The notes below the pieces were generated by a model, which was given only the letters and a program-made list of their open reading frames with translations, had not been told where the DNA came from and ran no database searches. A program made the translations under genes and the position numbers. From Candidatus Enterousia sp. (GTDB lineage Bacteria; Pseudomonadota; Alphaproteobacteria; Rs-D84), in contig JAZLDI010000026.1 of assembly GCA_045614665.1 (NCBI GenBank), positions 1 to 56,970 of the forward strand: a stretch of DNA of 56,970 bases, written 5' to 3'. This document shows, piece by piece, positions 38,398 through 48,980 of the stretch. Position 1 is the stretch's first letter; each line of letters opens with the position of its first letter.

Positions 38398-40665
38398 CTA
38401 AAACTGGGTCTCGAACGACAGCAAGAATCTTTGTTCGCGATCATACTCGTTTATTTTCAATGGCCAACCCCAACTGAAATTCATTGGCCCCATTGGTGTG
38501 TTCCAATAAATACCAAAACCAACCGACGTACGCCAATCTTGGTCGATATCATTCGGAACGCCCATAAATTTATATTCCTGTTTTGGCGGTTTGCCCAAAA
38601 TACCATAGTCTGCGAACACAAACCCTTTGACCTGATATTCATCGGGGATAAAGATTGGGAAATTTAATTGGGTTGAACCGTTAATTTTCCATAATCCACC
38701 AAGTGCATAGGTGCTGTACCACCAATTGCGCGAACCAACACCAGCAACATCAAACCCACGCAATGATTCACCACCCAGGAAGTAACGATAAACACGTGAC
38801 ACGTAATCACCGTCCAGTGGCTGAATATATCCGAAATTCAGCGACGAACGAATTTGCCAGCGATCATCCCAGAACTTATACATACCGATAACATCACCGC
38901 TGTAACGCATAAATGTTTCGGTACCGCCAAAGCCGGTATATGCCAATCCCAAATTTGCAACAACACCGGTATGCGTGTTTTGTTCAAAATTTGTATCCAG
39001 GTTGTGATAACGCAAATTTGTCCCCAACGTGTACAAGTTTGCATCCTGCCATCCATCTTCGGCCTGGATATCATAATTCTGGTCAAATGCCGCGGACAGG
39101 CGCAAACTCTGTGTCCAGTGGTCCGTCAATCGCCACCCCAGACGTCCCGCCACCGTCAAAGAATCACGGTCATAACCAAATCCACCCAGATTTGAATAAT
39201 CATACATTGTGTATGACACATCAAATCCGCCCGATAATTGACGCCCAAACAGGTATGGTTCGGTAAAACTGAATAATGCCTGCTTCTGATACTCTGCAAT
39301 TGATGCGCGTAACTGTACAATCTGGCCACGGCCCATGAAATTATTTTCAGTTATACCAGCATCAACCATAAAGCCATTGATATTCGACCAACCAAACCCA
39401 CCAGACAATTCGCCCGTCGGTTGTTCATCAACACGAATATCTAGATTCATCAGATTTTCGCCCGCCACACGTGTGGGTACCATTTGAACATCTTTGAAAT
39501 AACGTGTGCGCATTAACTTCTGGCGGCCTTCTTCAATGGTTTGTAAGGAAAATGGATCGCCCGCACGCATCGGCAACAATTGTTCAATCACAGAATCAAA
39601 TGTACGCACATTACCCAAAATGTTAATTGTATTCAGATAAATACGATTTGTTTTCTGAATCTTGAATTTTAAATCTATTGTTTTGTCGTCTGTGTTCTTG
39701 GTCGGAACCGGTTCAACATTAATAAACGCATATCCATAGTCCGCAACACGACTGCGCAATTTGGCCAGGGTTTCTTCAACCGCATCAACATTATAAACGT
39801 CGCCGGATTTTACCACCAAAACATCCGTTAATTCATCATTGGGGATATCATCGAACGGATTATCAATGCTGACATTGCCATATTTATATCGTGGCCCCTC
39901 GTTCACGGTAAATGTCACAGAATAATATTCGCGGTCGGGGGTAAAGACACCATTGGTGTCCGTCACCGCAAAATCAACATAGCCATTACGCAAATAAAAC
40001 TGGCGCAACATTTGTGCATCGTATTGGATGCGATCTTCGTCAAATGTATCAAATTGCGTCATAAACCGCCACCAGGCATGTTCACGTGATAAAATTTCCC
40101 CACGCAGTGTACGATCACTAAATTTTTTATTTCCATCAAATTTAATATCGGTAATCCAGGTTGGATGCCCTTCGCTAATCTCGTAAACAACATTAACACG
40201 ATTGTCATCCAGTTCAATTTTTTGCGGTTCGATTTTTGTACCAAAGAACCCCTTGCGCTGGTATATGGTAAGCATGCGCTGAACATCGGCACCAATGGTG
40301 GATTCATCATATGATGCGCGTTCTTTGGTTTTGATTTCTTTCTTTAAATCATCGGTTGAAATTTCATCATTACCCTCGACCGTTACCATGTTGATGGTCG
40401 GCGCCTCTGCAATATCAATTTTCAAGACGTTGCCCGACATACGAACGTTAATCTTGGAAAAATAGCCCGACGTCTGCAAGCGCTTTGCAATTTCATTCGC
40501 ACGATGTGTGCCAACATTGTCACCAACCTTGACATCGGCCAGAATACGAACAGATTCCGCATCCATACGCTGATTTCCCGTCACATCAATACGCGATACG
40601 GTCGCACCATATGCCGGCGCAACCGATAACAACGACGCAATTAAAATACCATTTTTATATTTCAT
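38398..40665 (-). CDS. bamA: Outer membrane protein assembly factor BamA
   Basis: POTRA repeats; LRGF motif; terminal Phe; rseP-bamA synteny. Confidence 0.93.
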   Translation of the reverse strand: MKYKNGILIASLLSVAPAYGATVSRIDVTGNQRMDAESVRILADVKVGDNVGTHRANEIAKRLQTSGYFSKINVRMSGNVLKIDIAEAPTINMVTVEGNDEISTDDLKKEIKTKERASYDESTIGADVQRMLTIYQRKGFFGTKIEPQKIELDDNRVNVVYEISEGHPTWITDIKFDGNKKFSDRTLRGEILSREHAWWRFMTQFDTFDEDRIQYDAQMLRQFYLRNGYVDFAVTDTNGVFTPDREYYSVTFTVNEGPRYKYGNVSIDNPFDDIPNDELTDVLVVKSGDVYNVDAVEETLAKLRSRVADYGYAFINVEPVPTKNTDDKTIDLKFKIQKTNRIYLNTINILGNVRTFDSVIEQLLPMRAGDPFSLQTIEEGRQKLMRTRYFKDVQMVPTRVAGENLMNLDIRVDEQPTGELSGGFGWSNINGFMVDAGITENNFMGRGQIVQLRASIAEYQKQALFSFTEPYLFGRQLSGGFDVSYTMYDYSNLGGFGYDRDSLTVAGRLGWRLTDHWTQSLRLSAAFDQNYDIQAEDGWQDANLYTLGTNLRYHNLDTNFEQNTHTGVVANLGLAYTGFGGTETFMRYSGDVIGMYKFWDDRWQIRSSLNFGYIQPLDGDYVSRVYRYFLGGESLRGFDVAGVGSRNWWYSTYALGGLWKINGSTQLNFPIFIPDEYQVKGFVFADYGILGKPPKQEYKFMGVPNDIDQDWRTSVGFGIYWNTPMGPMNFSWGWPLKINEYDREQRFLLSFETQF

Positions 40666-41735
40666 CAATACCACCCAAATACACGTGCCAAATCATTCCA
40701 CATCGTTAATATAAACAGACCCAATATCAACAACCATCCGCACATAATTGCAATTTCCATTCCACGCCCTTGTAACTTGCGACGGGTGATGGCTTCGATT
40801 ATCAAAATCATTAAATATCCGCCATCCAGTACCGGCAACGGCAACAGATTTATTACCCCCAGATTTACCGACAGCAATGCAATCAGTGACAGGAATGCAA
40901 AGAATCCCGCCAGCATAGCCGCCCCAGAATACTGGGCAATTGTGATAAACGACCCCAGTTGTTTTGAAGAACGCTCGCCAGTGATAATTTGTTTTAAAAC
41001 GACAACCAATGTCTTGGATTCATAGTATGTTTTACGTGCCCCCGAATACATCGCACGGAACAGATTTTGACGTGCAGGATCGGCGCGCTTGGCCCCGTCT
41101 GCCACCATCCCCCAGCGTTCCGCCGGACTTAATGTCACGTTGACCAACGTGTCACCACGGGCAATTACAACATTTGCATCACGATTTGTTGCCAATTCTT
41201 TGGCCAGAATTAAATCCCCCCAATTCGATATATTTTCATCATCGATTTTTACAATCGTATCACCGGGTTTGACCCCTGCATTAAAGGCAACAGATTCCTG
41301 AATAACCTGGCCCACAACAGGTAATTGGGAATTTCCGACAAGTCGCGGCTGGAACATAAACAGCGATGTATAAATTATCCACGCCAGGATAAAGTTCATC
41401 GTGACACCGGCGGCGATAATTATAAACTGTTTCCAGGCCGGAACAGACAGATAATGTCCCTTTTTTTGTTGGTCATCTAATTCCGCATATTTTTTGCGGT
41501 TGAACATATCTTCTTGGCCATAAATGGAAACATATCCCCCCAAAGGCAGGCACGCAATTTTCCACACTGTGCCACGTTTGTCGGTCCACTTAATCAATGC
41601 TGGTCCAAAACCAATCGAAAATGCGTCAACACGAACCCCCGCCCAACGTGCGGCCAAAAAATGCCCCAATTCGTGAACGAAAACCACGACACCTAAAACA
41701 ACCAATAACGCAACAATGGTTAAAATCGTCTGCAT
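40665..41735 (-). CDS. rseP: RIP metalloprotease RseP
   Basis: HELGH, PDZ, NLLPLPVLDGG. Confidence 0.93.
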   Translation of the reverse strand: MQTILTIVALLVVLGVVVFVHELGHFLAARWAGVRVDAFSIGFGPALIKWTDKRGTVWKIACLPLGGYVSIYGQEDMFNRKKYAELDDQQKKGHYLSVPAWKQFIIIAAGVTMNFILAWIIYTSLFMFQPRLVGNSQLPVVGQVIQESVAFNAGVKPGDTIVKIDDENISNWGDLILAKELATNRDANVVIARGDTLVNVTLSPAERWGMVADGAKRADPARQNLFRAMYSGARKTYYESKTLVVVLKQIITGERSSKQLGSFITIAQYSGAAMLAGFFAFLSLIALLSVNLGVINLLPLPVLDGGYLMILIIEAITRRKLQGRGMEIAIMCGWLLILGLFILTMWNDLARVFGWY

Positions 41736-41769
41736 ACCCGTCTTCCTTTACCTTTCACGTACTTTTACA

Positions 41770-42432
41770 TCACAGCATTGTCAGCCATACCAATGGCAGC
41801 GCATAAATCCAACCATCAAATCTATCCAGCATACCACCGTGTCCCGGCAAGATATTACCAAAATCTTTGATACCCATTTTACGCTTAATCCAACTGGCGG
41901 TTAAATCCCCGTATTGGGATAACAACGCAACACTTATCCCCGTCCAAATCATACCCATTGCCATACTAAATGGTACACCACGCAACAGACCATATGCAAC
42001 ATATACAACCGTGCCACATATAATGCCCGCGATTTGCCCGGCCCATGTTTTGTTGGCCGAAATGCGTTCCCACATTTTGTCGCCCCCAATCATGCGACCA
42101 AACAGCCACGCACCAATATCCGCCGCACAGATAACAAGCAATAACTGTAAAATAATCTGTGATCGTGCGCCAACGGCGTTAATTGCCCCAAGCATCACAA
42201 ATAACCAGCCCAAAAATAAACAAAACACAAGTCCGTCTTTTTTCAAGCAACTTTGATTTGTCTTTTTCATACACAATATCATTTCTACAATCATCATCAA
42301 TACGATGATAATCCCCAGTACGCGCACCGCCGGAAAACCAAAATATTCCATAACCGCCGCAATACCAGCAACCAGGGCCATTATTGCACCGGCCAGAATT
42401 CGTAATGTTGTATTTTTGGACATATGATTCAC
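41770..42432 (-). CDS. cdsA: Phosphatidate cytidylyltransferase
   Basis: ISANKTWAG, GDLTASWIKR..GIKDFGNILPGHGGMLDRFD. Confidence 0.92.
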   Translation of the reverse strand: MNHMSKNTTLRILAGAIMALVAGIAAVMEYFGFPAVRVLGIIIVLMMIVEMILCMKKTNQSCLKKDGLVFCLFLGWLFVMLGAINAVGARSQIILQLLLVICAADIGAWLFGRMIGGDKMWERISANKTWAGQIAGIICGTVVYVAYGLLRGVPFSMAMGMIWTGISVALLSQYGDLTASWIKRKMGIKDFGNILPGHGGMLDRFDGWIYALPLVWLTML

Positions 42433-42435
42433 CCT

Positions 42436-43188
42436 TTATTTTTTTCCAGAATAATTTGCCTTTTTCCCACCGCCAAAACGACGATTACGTTTTGCAAATT
42501 CGTCCAATGTGTATTGCCACAGTTTTTCACTTTTTACAAAATCGGGCCAGTGTTCCGGCACAAACAGTAATTCTGCGTACGCCAATTTCCATAACATAAA
42601 ATTGGAAATACGATATTCATTACTGGTTCGAACCATCAAATCCACCGGCAACAGATCGCCCGTATCCATAAAGGTTTCAAACGTTTCCTTGGTGACCGGT
42701 TCGCCGTTTTCAATTGCCGCATTTACCGCATCGATAATCTCATCTTTGCCACCATAATTCAATGCAAACACAACCGTGCCACCGGTATGATCGGCCGATT
42801 TTTCTTCCAGTTCATCGCATAGTTTGGCCAGTTTCGCCGGCAACCGATCGCGCGATCCAATTACACGATAGCGCAGGTTTTTATCAATCGCATTTTTAAG
42901 ATTCTTCTTCAATTCCGTATAGAACAAGTCCATAAGGAAATCAATTTCTTCCTGGGACCGATTCCAATTTTCCGTAGAAAACAGCCAGAACGAGACCGTT
43001 GAAACACCGCGCTTTAAAAACCAGTCCACCAGATTTTCAAAGTTTGCAATGCCAGCCTGGTGCCCCATTAATGGTGGCAAGCCACGATTTTCCGCCCAAC
43101 GGCGATTGCCATCACAAATAAATGCGATGTGTTGTGGAATTTTCCCGGTCGCAACCGGTGTGCATTTTGATTTGAATAGTTTAAACAT
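42436..43188 (-). CDS. uppS: Undecaprenyl diphosphate synthase
   Basis: HIAFICDGNRRWA, FSTENWNRS, RTSNEYRISNF, RRFGG. Confidence 0.93.
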   Translation of the reverse strand: MFKLFKSKCTPVATGKIPQHIAFICDGNRRWAENRGLPPLMGHQAGIANFENLVDWFLKRGVSTVSFWLFSTENWNRSQEEIDFLMDLFYTELKKNLKNAIDKNLRYRVIGSRDRLPAKLAKLCDELEEKSADHTGGTVVFALNYGGKDEIIDAVNAAIENGEPVTKETFETFMDTGDLLPVDLMVRTSNEYRISNFMLWKLAYAELLFVPEHWPDFVKSEKLWQYTLDEFAKRNRRFGGGKKANYSGKK

Positions 43189-43222
43189 TTTATATTCCCG
43201 ATTTTATGTTGATGCAAATGAT

Positions 43223-43783
43223 TCAGACCGCCATAATATCTGTTTCTTTTTCTTTGGCGATGGCATCAACCTCTGCCCCACGTTTATCAAAGACCTTTTG
43301 AATATCGTCCTCGAATTTGCGTTGGTCGTCTTCGGAAATTTCTTTATCTGTAACGGCACGTTTAATTTTACCCATTGCATCCTGGCGAATGTTGCGCATA
43401 GAAATCTTAGCTTCTTCGGCGTATTTACCGGCAACCTTGACCAATTCGCGACGGCGTTCTTCGGTAAGCGGTGGCATATTTAGGCGAATTACACCGCCCG
43501 CCGTCATTGGGTTCAGGCCCAACCCAGAATCACGAATAGCCTTTTCCACGGCTGGTGCATTGGTAATATCCCAAACGGTCACCGAAAGTGTCTGGTTATC
43601 AGGTGTTGAAACAGTTGCAACCTGGTTAATTGGCATTTCAGAACCATAAACCGGCACACGAATTGCATCCAGCAAATGAACCGATGCACGCCCCGTGCGC
43701 AAACCAGCATATTCATTACGCAAAACATCCAGTGTTTGTGCGGTTTTTTGTTCAACTTCTGACTTTAAAATTGGATAATCCAT
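43223..43783 (-). CDS. frr: Ribosome recycling factor
   Basis: LRTGRAS, PPLTEERRRELVK, KETDIMAV. Confidence 0.95.
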   Translation of the reverse strand: MDYPILKSEVEQKTAQTLDVLRNEYAGLRTGRASVHLLDAIRVPVYGSEMPINQVATVSTPDNQTLSVTVWDITNAPAVEKAIRDSGLGLNPMTAGGVIRLNMPPLTEERRRELVKVAGKYAEEAKISMRNIRQDAMGKIKRAVTDKEISEDDQRKFEDDIQKVFDKRGAEVDAIAKEKETDIMAV

Positions 43784-43865
43784 ATATAACTCCTTAAAAC
43801 ATACAAAAAGATTAGCAAATTGATTTGACATTTGGCAAGAAGAAATATAAAATAAGATTCCGCAT

Positions 43866-43941
43866 GGGGTTGTAGCTCAGTTGGTAGAGCACTTGCATGG
43901 CATGGAAGGGGTCGTCGGTTCGAGTCCGATCAGCTCCACCA
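43866..43941 (+). tRNA. tRNA-Ala(GGC)
   Basis: G3:U70 pair; CTTGC-ATGGCAT-GGAAG (one G.G mismatch); GGTTCGAGTCC; CCA. Confidence 0.92.
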
Positions 43942-44019
43942 GGAATATGTGGTTCTGGTTGGGACACTTGATAGCATGCAACACGCATCTCGTCGGTTCG
44001 AGTCCGATCAGCTCCACCA
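43942..44019 (+). pseudogene. Decayed tandem copy of tRNA-Ala with an intact 30-nt 3' end
   Basis: 43990-44019 TCGTCGGTTCGAGTCCGATCAGCTCCACCA identical to the tRNA 3' end; upstream CACTTGATAGCATGCAA resembles the anticodon arm. Confidence 0.7.
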
Positions 44020-44033
44020 TAAAAATTCAGTAT

Positions 44034-44111
44034 GGCGGATATAGCTCAGTTGGTTAGAGCGTTGGTTTGTGGTACCAAATGTCGCCGGTTCGAGTCCGGT
44101 TATCCGCCCCA
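44034..44111 (+). tRNA. tRNA-His(GTG) with encoded G-1
   Basis: G-GCGGATA...TTGGT-TTGTGGT-ACCAA...TATCCGC-C-CCA. Confidence 0.97.
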
Positions 44112-45560
44112 TATTTGACGACACCCCTTCTGGACCATGTCTACGAAGGGGTATCTTATTGAAATAACTGCGTTTTTATTGTTCAGAAAAAGGTTCGAAC
44201 TTATCAATTTCAAAATTAGTCGTTTTAGGCAAAAGTTCGAACTTTTGAATAAGAAATGGCTGATTTCTGCGATTTTTGCACATTTTATCAAGTTGGCATA
44301 GAATGCACCAATCCGGTCATCCGTTCTAACCATTTGGTCACGAATTTCTTGTTGCTGTTTGCTGATATCGTTGATGATTGTATCGTATTCATCACGACTT
44401 ATTCCTTGGTCCAGATATAGTTCCGTCAAACGACTTTTCTTTATGGCTAGCTTACTTAGGGTTTCATTCTGCGTTGCAATATATCTGTCTTTTTCCAATA
44501 TCGCCTTGGTCTGTTTTTCTTGTAGACCTTTTATCATTTGCCCCGAACATGATGGTCCAAAGTGCAATGCAGACAGTATTTCATTAATCTGCTTCATGAA
44601 TGGTGCAGCGGACACGTGATAATGCCGGCACGTATCACTTTTAGGTGGTTTCAGGAATACATAACGCCCTTTGGCCAGATATGGACTGTATGATTTGCCA
44701 CAGTGCACACAATGAACAAAGCCCGACAATAACATGTCCTTTTTCTTCCTGCGTGACACATTGTTATACTTGCCGGACCTTATTTTATCGCACAGGTCAA
44801 AAATTTCTTTGGTTATAAGTCTGTCATGGCAATGCGGGTACAGTTTGCCTTTGATTTTCATTTCTCCATAATAGAAAGGATTACATAAAATCAGATGCAT
44901 TTGACTGGGGCTGATTGGCTTATTTCTTCTGGTTTTTAGCCCGATTTCTGTTGCATAATCGGCCAGTTGACGTATGGATATGTTGCCTGTGGCGTATTTT
45001 TCAAATAACATCCGAACCTTGTGCCCACGTTCTGGGTCAATAATGGCTGTACGTGCACCATTAATTGTTGTATTCAAGTATCCAATCGGGGCACAGGTCA
45101 ATATCGTGCCTTCACGTATTTTCTTTTCAAAAGACCTTTTTACATTATCACTGATGCAGTTTGTGTAATTTTCTGCCATCATAACAAAAATCTGATAGGC
45201 CATTATTTGCGAGTTGTTTGCCCCAGAATCCAATATCTGATTTTCGCTTACAAAGTGCAGTACCAACTTATTTGATTTACGCAGTTGTTCCAAAATCGGC
45301 ACTTCCCGAAAAGAACGCTGCAACCTGTCTACCTTATCACAGACCAGTGCCACCTTGCCGGATTGTTTCTTGATGTACGCAATCATTTTTTGAAATTCGG
45401 GCCGTTCCCCACGCGTTGAGCTTTCGACCAGTGTAAATTCTTGGATAATATCCAGATTCTTGCGTAAACAATATGCATGAAGACGGTCCAGCTGTGCTAC
45501 CAAACTGTGACCGTCCTCTTGTTCTTTACTGCTAACTCTGGCTAATAAAACAGCCTGCAT
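44100..45560 (-). CDS. Large serine recombinase 1 (C-terminus read through the att site into tRNA-His)
   Basis: LARVSSKEQ, DKVDRLQR, APIGY, NPFYYG, Zn ribbon CVHCG; ends QIWGG*. Confidence 0.92.
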   Translation of the reverse strand: MQAVLLARVSSKEQEDGHSLVAQLDRLHAYCLRKNLDIIQEFTLVESSTRGERPEFQKMIAYIKKQSGKVALVCDKVDRLQRSFREVPILEQLRKSNKLVLHFVSENQILDSGANNSQIMAYQIFVMMAENYTNCISDNVKRSFEKKIREGTILTCAPIGYLNTTINGARTAIIDPERGHKVRMLFEKYATGNISIRQLADYATEIGLKTRRNKPISPSQMHLILCNPFYYGEMKIKGKLYPHCHDRLITKEIFDLCDKIRSGKYNNVSRRKKKDMLLSGFVHCVHCGKSYSPYLAKGRYVFLKPPKSDTCRHYHVSAAPFMKQINEILSALHFGPSCSGQMIKGLQEKQTKAILEKDRYIATQNETLSKLAIKKSRLTELYLDQGISRDEYDTIINDISKQQQEIRDQMVRTDDRIGAFYANLIKCAKIAEISHFLFKSSNFCLKRLILKLISSNLFLNNKNAVISIRYPFVDMVQKGCRQIWGG

Positions 45561-45613
45561 TTCAAACCCCTTTTTGAGAAGTTTGAAATCTTTAATACAT
45601 TAAATCAATTTAA

Positions 45614-47038
45614 TTATTCCATAATGCATTTGATTGGCTTTATGCCTAAACCGTCCTGAAAATAGCATGTAATGGAATTGTTATGATATATTATGTTCTT
45701 AAACAGTATTTTCAACATGTTATGTTTGCTTTCTATCCCCATATTGTTGAAGCTTTGTAATATGTCCATCGTTATTATAACTGTATCTTGCTTGATTTCT
45801 TTTTCTCTGCTTTGATATTGTTGTAAAAATCCACGATGGGTTGATAGCTGTTTGTTTAGTTTTTCAATTGATGCGGCAATCATATCGGGGGTGGCACCAT
45901 AGGCATTGCCGGTCAACAAATTTTGAATCCGTTCTTCAAAGCGTTTTATTTCTTTTTTTTCATTGGCGATGCATTTTGAAATATTTGCCAGTTCAGTTAT
46001 GTTGTCGGTATTAATCTGTGCATCCAGCAATGCTACAACATCTGTTCTGTCATTTAATTGTTTCAGGACCTTTGAAAGAGCATTGATAACATCACTTTCT
46101 TTTAGGTTTCTTGTTCCGCTTACTTTAGTTTTTAGATAATTGACCGTTTTATGGCGACTAACATACGGCGTGAACAGGGCTTTGGTTTCTTTATCACGAA
46201 CAAGACCACGCAATGGCGACAACAGTTGTTTTTTTGGTTTCTTACTTACTGTGCGTTTACCGTTCAGAATTTCCAGACATTTGTTGAATACCGCTTCGTC
46301 AATAATTGTTTTGTAAATGTGCTTATATTTAACTGTTTCATAGTATGCATACCCGATATAAAAATTGTTGCGTAATATGCAATCAATCCGTTGTTTGCTT
46401 AAATGTATCCCATATTTACGTTGCACGTGTTTGCTCAACATTTCTAACGAGAAATTCCCGCTTGAATACAACTGGAATAATTCTTTTAATATTATTGAGT
46501 TCGCTTCATGTAACCTGATTCCCGTTTCCGAACCTTCTGTATAATTTATATATCCAAATGGGGCCCGATATGGTGCTTTGCCCATTTCCCGGCATATTCT
46601 AAGACAGTCGATTGTTCTCTCGCTGATTTGGATTGATTCACGTTCTGCATGTGCTATCAGGACCATAATAGTGTTTTCAACATCTCGACCAGAATCTTTG
46701 TTCCAAACAATACCTTCTCGGATAATGTGAAATGTTATATTGTGTTCCCGTACCATTTTCGCAAACACATAAAAATCATTAATGTTGCGTGTTAATCGGT
46801 CAACCTTGGATATGATGATTGCAAAATTATCTTTTGTTTTCCCGATAATGTCATCCAAATCACCCGCTTTTAAGCAATAAGCAGATTCCTTTAGCTTGTG
46901 AATATTAACAATTTCTAATTCCGGATGATTTTCACAGTATGCGTTGATTGCCTGCATCTGAACTTCCAGTGAATCGCATTGACTTTTTGTTGACACTCGG
47001 GTTATTGCAATCGCTTTTATTTTCTTATCAATTAGCAT
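45614..47038 (-). CDS. Large serine recombinase 2
   Basis: ITRVSTKSQ, SKVDRLTRN, AERESIQISER, APFGY, NNFYIG; coiled coil; Zn-ribbon cysteines absent. Confidence 0.9.
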   Translation of the reverse strand: MLIDKKIKAIAITRVSTKSQCDSLEVQMQAINAYCENHPELEIVNIHKLKESAYCLKAGDLDDIIGKTKDNFAIIISKVDRLTRNINDFYVFAKMVREHNITFHIIREGIVWNKDSGRDVENTIMVLIAHAERESIQISERTIDCLRICREMGKAPYRAPFGYINYTEGSETGIRLHEANSIILKELFQLYSSGNFSLEMLSKHVQRKYGIHLSKQRIDCILRNNFYIGYAYYETVKYKHIYKTIIDEAVFNKCLEILNGKRTVSKKPKKQLLSPLRGLVRDKETKALFTPYVSRHKTVNYLKTKVSGTRNLKESDVINALSKVLKQLNDRTDVVALLDAQINTDNITELANISKCIANEKKEIKRFEERIQNLLTGNAYGATPDMIAASIEKLNKQLSTHRGFLQQYQSREKEIKQDTVIITMDILQSFNNMGIESKHNMLKILFKNIIYHNNSITCYFQDGLGIKPIKCIME

Positions 47039-47215
47039 GATTTTACTTCTTTTTCTACTAGTGATAGAAGCTCGACCGTCTTGCTTCTTGATTTGTAGAA
47101 CTCATGCGAGAAGGTGGTTTTGGAAAAATTTGAAAAAAATTTTTTATTTTTGGATTTTTTTGTGTATTTGGGCCGTACCAACAGTTCTATTTATATGTAA
47201 CCAAGGGGGTTAATT

Positions 47216-47431
47216 ATGTGCAGAAGGTGCAGTGAAACAGAAGAAGTCCGCGAAGTTATGGGATTGGGTACAGAATATTGGGAAAACTTGGTATTAATGG
47301 CCAAGGTTGCAGGTATGTATGTGCACCCTGCGGTAGTTAATATTACAGAACAGATGTGTTGTGGCTATCCAATTTCACGCAAACAGGCAAATGTCCTGCT
47401 GCGCTTCAAAGCAGAAATCTCATTGCAATAA
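47216..47431 (+). CDS. Small hypothetical protein
   Basis: AAGGGGG RBS; terminator-like hairpin AGCCC-TTTAA-GGGCT-TTTTT follows. Confidence 0.55.
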   Translation: MCRRCSETEEVREVMGLGTEYWENLVLMAKVAGMYVHPAVVNITEQMCCGYPISRKQANVLLRFKAEISLQ

Positions 47432-47675
47432 TTTCTTAAGCAATTTTTCTTTGATGAGCCCTTTAAGGGCTTTTTTGTTGGGTGCACGCATGCATTTGCA
47501 ATAAATAATCAAACATTTCCATTTTTATCCAAAACAGCAGTTCTATTCAATTGACTGCGTGGGGTGAATGGGATTGCTTATCGGTTCACACTTATGCTGC
47601 GTGGGTCTTTTTACAATATTGCCGTCCAAGTGCTTGCCAGACGGGGTCTATCACTACACCATAAAGGTATCAACT

Positions 47676-48545
47676 ATGAGCAACACAGAACCAACAACTA
47701 ACTTTTTCAAAAATACAGAAACATTAACTAGGCATGCAAATACGATAAAACGAAGAACGTGGTACAAAGATGCAACTCAAGACAAAATATCCCGCAGAAC
47801 AGTCACAGATATATTGGATATGTTCAACAATGAATGTTATGTCGAAGACCAAGGAATATACAGAAACCATAAATACAGCATGACCCCAGAACAACAAGCA
47901 TGGTATCTGGACCTTATTAAATCCGAATACTTAGCACTGTTATCGATTAAATTGCCCCATATAAACCAATCAGGATACCGCAGAACCAAGAATCAACAAG
48001 AAGCAAAAGAAATGTACCGTAATATCATCCGTACAATAGAAAGACTTTTTACATGCAGCGAACATAATTGGAAACGTAATCCATTGCCTTTTGTGGGTGT
48101 GTTTGAACGTGGTAAAAGCGGTTTCTGGCACGTTCACTTAGCTATTAAACACTGTGGTGAACCGATGGATGTACTAAGACGATTGATAATAGCTATTGAT
48201 AAAACAAGGGAGTATTTTGGATTTTTTAGTACAGTGATAAACCTAAGATACATATATGACAAGGAAGGTGTTTGTGCATATATGGTAAAGGAATTAAACA
48301 AATATACTAACAGTCCAAATGCAAGATATATCCAAGATGAAGGTGCTTATCTATTCTACTTGAAAACATGGTTCGGTAATAAGGTACAAGAAAAAATATA
48401 CCCATACACTCCTTCGTCACTATCAACGTTGAAGTTATGGGTGGGGTTTGGTGTGATATTAAAAAGAAATAACTGTCTGAATATACCCAATCCGATAAAT
48501 AAATTAAGGCGTATCTATATTCAAAAATGGTTGCAACGAAGATAG
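47676..48545 (+). CDS. HUH endonuclease / rolling-circle Rep-like protein
   Basis: GVFERGKSGFWHVHLAI (HUH) and downstream AYMVKE (YxxK). Confidence 0.65.
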   Translation: MSNTEPTTNFFKNTETLTRHANTIKRRTWYKDATQDKISRRTVTDILDMFNNECYVEDQGIYRNHKYSMTPEQQAWYLDLIKSEYLALLSIKLPHINQSGYRRTKNQQEAKEMYRNIIRTIERLFTCSEHNWKRNPLPFVGVFERGKSGFWHVHLAIKHCGEPMDVLRRLIIAIDKTREYFGFFSTVINLRYIYDKEGVCAYMVKELNKYTNSPNARYIQDEGAYLFYLKTWFGNKVQEKIYPYTPSSLSTLKLWVGFGVILKRNNCLNIPNPINKLRRIYIQKWLQRR

Positions 48546-48704
48546 TTTGAAATAAACTTTTCCCGCAATCTTTACTCTTTTGATTTCGGGATAAGCTTTG
48601 CGAAGATGCCAATGATAGATAGTGTCTGGTTTTATTTTCAGCAAATTGGCTAATTCATGAACAGTCAGTAATGTTTCATGAGTAAGTGGTTGTGTGTATG
48701 TCAT
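48504..48704 (-). CDS. HTH_17/excisionase-like DNA-binding protein
   Basis: LLTVHELANLLKIKPDTIYHW...RVKIAGKVYF; AAGGAG RBS. Confidence 0.8.
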   Translation of the reverse strand: MTYTQPLTHETLLTVHELANLLKIKPDTIYHWHLRKAYPEIKRVKIAGKVYFKLSSLQPFLNIDTP

Positions 48705-48768
48705 TTGTATTCTCCTTGATATATAGAACATCAAAAACATCCATAAAGAACAGTATGTTTCCTAAAAA

Positions 48769-48854
48769 GCCCCAGATGGGTTCGTAGTCCGAGTCGAATA
48801 GAAGCCCCCAAAGGCGGAGATTCGCAACGAGGCGCACGAAGAACCTATCGGGGC
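48769..48854. other. Long imperfect GC-rich hairpin (candidate origin/sso or RNA)
   Basis: GCCCC-A-GATGGGTTC/GAACCTATC-GGGGC; inner CGAAT/ATTCG and GCC/GGC. Confidence 0.5.
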
Positions 48855-48980
48855 GTATGCGGTTAGATTAAACGTTATTTTCTCATCAAAAAAATTACGT
48901 ATAATTAAAACGCTTTGATTGTACTTGAAGTTGATTAATCTAATTGATATCATATGAAATGAATCCATAGGGATATGTGT

